Source: an uncultured virus (IMG/VR IMGVR_UViG_3300013004_000031) (Duplodnaviria; Heunggongvirae; Uroviricota; Caudoviricetes). Taken from it: a stretch of 59,814 bases of DNA. Below are positions 55,228 to 59,814 of this stretch, piece by piece. Position 1 is the stretch's first letter. Every line of letters begins with the position of its first letter. Position numbers and translations under genes: made by a program. The notes under the pieces are model-generated. The model worked only from the letters and a program-made list of their open reading frames with translations. It had not been told where the DNA came from and searched no databases. The stretch lies in IMG/VR virus record IMGVR_UViG_3300013004_000031, positions 62,001 through 121,814 of that record; one strand, 5' to 3'.

Positions 55228-55405
55228 GGTTGTATTATGGTTTAGTTTTTAAAAGCAATAATCTTATTCCAAGATTCTCCCACCTTGTGATTCCATTTCC
55301 ATGCCAACTTATCAACCCGACGATTCCAGTATTTCCACCTACGGAAATTCCCACGTATCAGGCGATTTTCATTTTTGATTGCTTGGGATAACTTTTCTCT
55401 CGTAG

Positions 55406-55627
55406 TCATGGCTTGTTAGCGATAAGAGATTCGAGAGCTACCACCTGCTCGTGGACTTCGCATGTTGCCAAATTGTAGTCTGGTTTTGTGCCGTGCTCGT
55501 ATCCGCCGTTATAGAGGCAGACGAGCGACATACACTCTCCATTCGCGTGTCGGTTGCAGCGAGATTTCAAATCGCTAACAAGGCGGTGGAGGACAACAGC
55601 CTCCCGTTGAGTCTCAGGTGTATTCAT
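55406..55627 (-). CDS. Cys-containing hypothetical protein
   Basis: 73-aa ORF below a motif copy. Confidence 0.55.
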   Translation of the reverse strand: MNTPETQREAVVLHRLVSDLKSRCNRHANGECMSLVCLYNGGYEHGTKPDYNLATCEVHEQVVALESLIANKP

Positions 55628-55863
55628 AGATTTTCGGCGGGAGGCTGTGCCTCACCTTGGTCGATATTGGTTTAGTTTTTAAATAGAAATTCCTGCTCAT
55701 TGTCGATGGATTCCTTACACTCTTCCATGTCATCAAACTTGAGAAAACGTTCTTGCGTATCGGAATAATACTCAAACATTCCAGAGGGGAATAGAATAGT
55801 GATACCTTTGCCGTTGTGTTCAATGTAATCAGTCATGGCTTTATTATCGTTTAGTTTTTAAGA

Positions 55864-56631
55864 TCACCGATCAGTCCTTGCGCTTGCCCAGACCTTGACA
55901 ATCTCTCCACTTTTCAACTTAACTTCCACGCTGTTAATGGTTGCCGAATCCTCAATGACTTTCTCAATATCCTTGGAAAATTGATAGGATGGGCAAGATG
56001 AATATCCGATTTGCCATTGTTCATCCAATTCTTGGCATTCCTCTCGCTCAATTTCCTCCCCATCCCTTGTCCCTTCGGAGATACGCCATTCCGCCACAAT
56101 ATCCATGGGAATGCTATAATCACCTTGGCATCGCATGAACAAAGGATAGGCATAACCTCCCCGCACATCACATCCCGTATGGGCATAGCATACCATGATA
56201 GCTTCGTCATCGTAAATCCAATCCCGCTTCACATTATCAAAATGGGAATATACTTCCCATACATAGTCCTGAGATAAGTCATTCTCATTATTATATGTAT
56301 TGTCCCTTGCAAGTTGTGTTAATCCCAACACTTCGGTTGCAAAGGTTTTCCCTGCTTCAAACCATGATAAATCGGAATTCTCTTCCAATGCCGCCCATGC
56401 TTCAAATTGCTCTTGGATATCGAAATCCACTTCACAAGTTTCAGCAAGGAAAAGAGCGGTTTCAATGGTTGCGGTAACATCGTTACCATATACATCGATC
56501 CTCACCATCGGTTGCTCTTCGGAGATTGGAGGCTTTTCATAATGCCTTCCGTAGTAGTCTCCACTATCCAACATGGACTTGCCTGTATTGAATCGGAATG
56601 CCTTGGCGATTGTCTCTTGGTTCTTGGTCAT
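55864..56631 (-). CDS. Acidic hypothetical protein
   Basis: 255 aa; NTGKSMLDSG..YGRHY and HTGCDVRGGY; ATG set by motif. Confidence 0.8.
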   Translation of the reverse strand: MTKNQETIAKAFRFNTGKSMLDSGDYYGRHYEKPPISEEQPMVRIDVYGNDVTATIETALFLAETCEVDFDIQEQFEAWAALEENSDLSWFEAGKTFATEVLGLTQLARDNTYNNENDLSQDYVWEVYSHFDNVKRDWIYDDEAIMVCYAHTGCDVRGGYAYPLFMRCQGDYSIPMDIVAEWRISEGTRDGEEIEREECQELDEQWQIGYSSCPSYQFSKDIEKVIEDSATINSVEVKLKSGEIVKVWASARTDR

Positions 56632-56645
56632 GTCGTAATTGTGTT

Positions 56646-56879
56646 CTAGTTTTTAATGCGTCTTGGTCTTGTCGGATTTGTCGGGCGCGGTTCATCCACA
56701 TCATTGACATTGCGAAAGATGTTCCTGTATGCCGCCACAATCACCCCCATGGGCAATCCTGAAACTTCCGCCATCTTTTCCATGCTCACATCTTCCAGAA
56801 TGTATCGGGCGGAACCAATGGCTTGCCAACGATCATCGTCAGTCATGTCCTCATAGGGCTTGATGTTTTCAATGTCCAT
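56646..56879 (-). CDS. Hypothetical protein (array)
   Basis: Motif-bounded, ends KN-TAG. Confidence 0.7.
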   Translation of the reverse strand: MDIENIKPYEDMTDDDRWQAIGSARYILEDVSMEKMAEVSGLPMGVIVAAYRNIFRNVNDVDEPRPTNPTRPRRIKN

Positions 56880-56900
56880 GTCGTAATTATTGTTTAGTTT

Positions 56901-57092
56901 TTATGGGAGGAGATAGTAGCATTCCCCATCCTCATCCCTCCAGTATCCCCCGAACAGACTTTGATCCTTACACCATTCAAAGCGTATCATCATCCCCTTG
57001 CATTGCTTTTCCGTTCCCCGGAAATATTCGGGAAGATCAAGCATGTCCGTTCCCTTGTGCAGATGTTCCAGAGTGTGTTTAACGATCTTCAT
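56901..57092 (-). CDS. Hypothetical protein (array)
   Basis: Motif-bounded. Confidence 0.7.
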   Translation of the reverse strand: MKIVKHTLEHLHKGTDMLDLPEYFRGTEKQCKGMMIRFEWCKDQSLFGGYWRDEDGECYYLLP

Positions 57093-57113
57093 GATAGGAG
57101 TATGCTCTAGTTT

Positions 57114-57599
57114 TTATACCGCTTTAATCTCACCCTTACAGCACATGCAAGTGTATGTTTTACCCTCCATGATCCGATTCACAATCGTTTTGGATACAGT
57201 ATGTTGACGGCATCCACAAGCGAAGAGATATTTCTTGACCTTGCGTGTCCTCTCAATGCCTGTAACATCGTAGCTATGGCATCGTGGCATGGTTTCCCCC
57301 GTAAGCACACGGCAAAAGTGACCCCATTCCCTCCCATGTGGCTTGGAATGGGGATAATGCTTGAACTGTAGGATGTGTGCCATTTCATGGGGGACCGTGC
57401 TGGACAAGAATTCGTCCATGTGCCTTTCAGCAAGAGCGAGATTGAATCGCATCTTGTGGCTTCTACGGAAAGCCTGTCCAGCGGTAGCACCCTTGAGAGA
57501 AAAATCAATCACACACTTGGGGAATTCGTAACCCTTAATTCGGGCAACTTCCGCAAATTGTTGGATTGTCTGGTGAATTCGGTTCTTGGTATCGGTCAT
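57114..57599 (-). CDS. SprT-like zinc metalloprotease
   Basis: AGQA, HEMAH, HGREW, C-terminal CxC...CxxC. Confidence 0.9.
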   Translation of the reverse strand: MTDTKNRIHQTIQQFAEVARIKGYEFPKCVIDFSLKGATAGQAFRRSHKMRFNLALAERHMDEFLSSTVPHEMAHILQFKHYPHSKPHGREWGHFCRVLTGETMPRCHSYDVTGIERTRKVKKYLFACGCRQHTVSKTIVNRIMEGKTYTCMCCKGEIKAV

Positions 57600-57620
57600 G
57601 GTGGGATTATCTGCTAGTTT

Positions 57621-57809
57621 TTATACGCAGAGATAGACTCGCTTGCTTGATCCATCCTCATTGGAGTAGATTGTGATATATGGGAACATGCGAACACCAT
57701 CCCTAACTTCACTCTTATCAAACATCAGATCATATTCCAGATCGGATAAGTCCTTGGGAAGCATATCTTCGTATTCCCATTCCACAGTATATAGATCATA
57801 GTCTTTCAT
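57621..57809 (-). CDS. Hypothetical protein (array)
   Basis: Stop lies in the motif. Confidence 0.65.
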   Translation of the reverse strand: MKDYDLYTVEWEYEDMLPKDLSDLEYDLMFDKSEVRDGVRMFPYITIYSNEDGSSKRVYLCV

Positions 57810-57883
57810 AATATTAAAGGTTCCTGATTACCGTATATCAGGATCGGGCGGGAGCTTCCGCTATGCTTGGCTATGGAAACATA

Positions 57884-58387
57884 TCAATCAATCACTTCTT
57901 CAGTGGAGAGAACGTTTTCCATCTTGATCGTGAAGCATTCAGGCTTTTCCTTTTCCCCCGTCAGTTTCTTGGCTTCCGATGGAGTGAGATATGTGGCAAA
58001 GATATCTTTTGATATCTCATTACCATTGGCAAAATATCGCACAACAGGAATCGAATCAGTTGGATACATGCGAAGATAATAATTGGTATTGCCTTCCTTT
58101 TCATATTTGATTAGGTAGGGAAAGTAGGCCCACTCCCCGAAAGGAAGGGATTGAACTTCCCCACGTTCGCCGGATTCGATCCCAGCCTTGACACTGGAAA
58201 GATTGGCGAAATCAAGACCAGAACGAATAATTGAAGTGGTGCGTTTTTCCAGAACAACATCCTTGAATGAGGCTGCTGGTTTTGGATTGCTTTTCCATGC
58301 CGCTCGCATGAATTGACCCTTTCCTTTGAAAAAGTTGGAAAGGATTTCGTTGGCAGTCAATGACTGAATGTTTGTAGTGATGTTCAT
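57884..58387 (-). CDS. Hypothetical protein (array)
   Basis: 167 aa; ATG set by motif. Confidence 0.8.
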   Translation of the reverse strand: MNITTNIQSLTANEILSNFFKGKGQFMRAAWKSNPKPAASFKDVVLEKRTTSIIRSGLDFANLSSVKAGIESGERGEVQSLPFGEWAYFPYLIKYEKEGNTNYYLRMYPTDSIPVVRYFANGNEISKDIFATYLTPSEAKKLTGEKEKPECFTIKMENVLSTEEVID

Positions 58388-58408
58388 GTTTGTAGTGTAG
58401 TCTAGTTT

Positions 58409-58687
58409 TTAATAAAAAATGTATCCCAGCCCAAGACTATCTTGTTGGAGATTTCTGAGAACGTTTTTCAATTCCTTTACACCCGTAGTATCATAGTCCT
58501 CTCCCATGTCCTTGGCATCAAGAACCATTTCAAAGAAACATTCCCCGATTGCTCCCATGAGATCGTCCTTACTATCGCACGTAATGGCGGTTGTTGTCTT
58601 CCCATACATTCCCCGTCCACTGTAATCTTCGTAAAGGGATAGGTCGTTTCCGTAATCAATAATCATTTCTGCGATGTCTTTGTTCAT
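58409..58687 (-). CDS. Hypothetical protein (array)
   Basis: YSGRGMYG...DSLGLGYIFY; motif-bounded. Confidence 0.75.
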   Translation of the reverse strand: MNKDIAEMIIDYGNDLSLYEDYSGRGMYGKTTTAITCDSKDDLMGAIGECFFEMVLDAKDMGEDYDTTGVKELKNVLRNLQQDSLGLGYIFY

Positions 58688-58708
58688 GTGCGTATTATGT
58701 TTTATTTT

Positions 58709-58945
58709 TTAAATAATATCAATGTGTGATTTTTCGCAATCCACTGTGATCATGGCAGAGAATTGATCGACATTATGATCAATCTCCACAATTCCATCCT
58801 TAAAGTCCTCCGCAAAAAATGTATAGAATTCCCGATTTTCAGCATTCATCAAATCGGAGATATTGTTGTGAGCATCCGCCACATCAGGATAGATATCAAC
58901 CGGAACATACATTAGAACCGGAATCGCGTGGTATTGTTTTGTCAT
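58709..58945 (-). CDS. Hypothetical protein (array)
   Basis: Motif-bounded. Confidence 0.7.
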   Translation of the reverse strand: MTKQYHAIPVLMYVPVDIYPDVADAHNNISDLMNAENREFYTFFAEDFKDGIVEIDHNVDQFSAMITVDCEKSHIDII

Positions 58946-59079
58946 AGTATAAGTATCGTTTAGTTTTTAATCCAGATTCGGAACCCATAGATATGCTATC
59001 AATAAAGCAACACCCCATAGAAAGTTTCCTGATATCATCAGCCAACACATTGTAATGAAAATAATTCCAGTTATCATAA

Positions 59080-59643
59080 TTAAAATTCCTCCCCTTCTTC
59101 GGTGTAGATATCCGCATCTTCATCCAGATAATCCATGATACATTCCTCACTTGTGAGATATGCGTATTCGTTCTCCAGAGTATCGCAGAACATCTTGGCG
59201 ACTTGATCAAATGCCTTGCGAACAGTTCTCCCATCAAGCAGTTCCTTCCATACGCATTCCACGATGTCCTCGTCAAAGCATACACCCGTGAATCCGCACA
59301 CACCGGGGAATTCCATGTCCTTGAAATGTTTGGGACGCGCATAGCCATTGTCGATCAGAACCCGCAGAAACCATGCCAGAGCGCGATTGCCTTCCAAGTC
59401 TTTAACGTAATAATTAGCAACTTTCACCTTCCAATTTTGGCAATAGCTACCAAAGGAATAGTCAACCAATCGCAGATTGCAAGCTTCACAGACTGCTTTC
59501 AGGGAATCCAGCATCTCTTGGGAAGTGAATTCCAAAAGACATTCATCGTTCTCCGCATCCCTGATCTTGTTGGTGATTACCCGTGCTTGCGCTTCGGGAG
59601 ATAACTCCTTGTAGGAGTAGAGTTGTGTGGTGATTGTTGTCAT
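59080..59643 (-). CDS. Acidic hypothetical protein
   Basis: 187 aa; ATG set by motif. Confidence 0.8.
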   Translation of the reverse strand: MTTITTQLYSYKELSPEAQARVITNKIRDAENDECLLEFTSQEMLDSLKAVCEACNLRLVDYSFGSYCQNWKVKVANYYVKDLEGNRALAWFLRVLIDNGYARPKHFKDMEFPGVCGFTGVCFDEDIVECVWKELLDGRTVRKAFDQVAKMFCDTLENEYAYLTSEECIMDYLDEDADIYTEEGEEF

Positions 59644-59814
59644 GGTTTGATTGTGGTTTAGTTTTTAAAAGCGAATGCTTCAGGATACGAGTTCCATGCG
59701 GGATTCTTTTTCCGTAGGATTTCCAATTCTTCCAATGTCGGCTTGTTGTCCTGCTTTGCAATCCAATCAATGGCATGGTATCGTTCAGCGATTTTCCGTT
59801 GGGATTGGTAGAAC

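Larger units (their letters stand above)
34924..59667 (-). repeat. Dispersed promoter repeat TAAAAACTA(G/A)NN-[-10 hexamer]-N6/N9-ATG, about 65-70 copies
   Basis: Reads TAGTTTTTA on the + strand, e.g. at 34942, 37355, 40041, 40284, 40946, 41288, 43882, 47830, 53377, 59659; counted by eye. Confidence 0.9.

Noticed and set aside
39813..59814. TAGTTTTTA repeats as a CRISPR array
   Set aside because: Spacing is roughly 100-800 nt and irregular, the intervals are whole ORFs, the repeats are degenerate, and there are no cas genes.
39813..59814. Integron cassette array
   Set aside because: No attC-like inverted repeats or GTTRRRY cores and no integrase in the window; the motif fits a promoter.

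Overview
59.8-kb segment of a large T4-like tailed phage (standard genetic code; host not identifiable from sequence). 1-33 kb holds core genes: end of the scaffold, major capsid gp23, gp62, a gp31/GroES-like co-chaperonin, DinG-like helicase, AAA ATPase, gp15, portal gp20, neck gp13, a split gp5, nrdAB, ClpP, M15 endolysin, thyX and a CCA-adding enzyme, with five free-standing homing endonucleases between them. 33-37 kb holds tRNA clusters (13 tRNA genes in the whole window, several atypical). 39.8-59.8 kb is a minus-strand array of about 70 small genes, nearly each preceded by TAAAAACTA-N3-[-10]-N6/9-ATG, which also supplies the stop codon of the preceding gene. Top finding: a classical four-segment leader-peptide attenuator (MSNNQNYNQEKPTPSGWRCK) in front of the seven-tRNA operon. 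Its codons 3-14 specify exactly and only the seven amino acids of those tRNAs, suggesting a ribosome-stalling sensor that switches on phage tRNAs when host tRNAs run out. Most promoters sit 5-9 nt from the start codon, implying a largely leaderless transcriptome. All calls are by eye; no searches were run.
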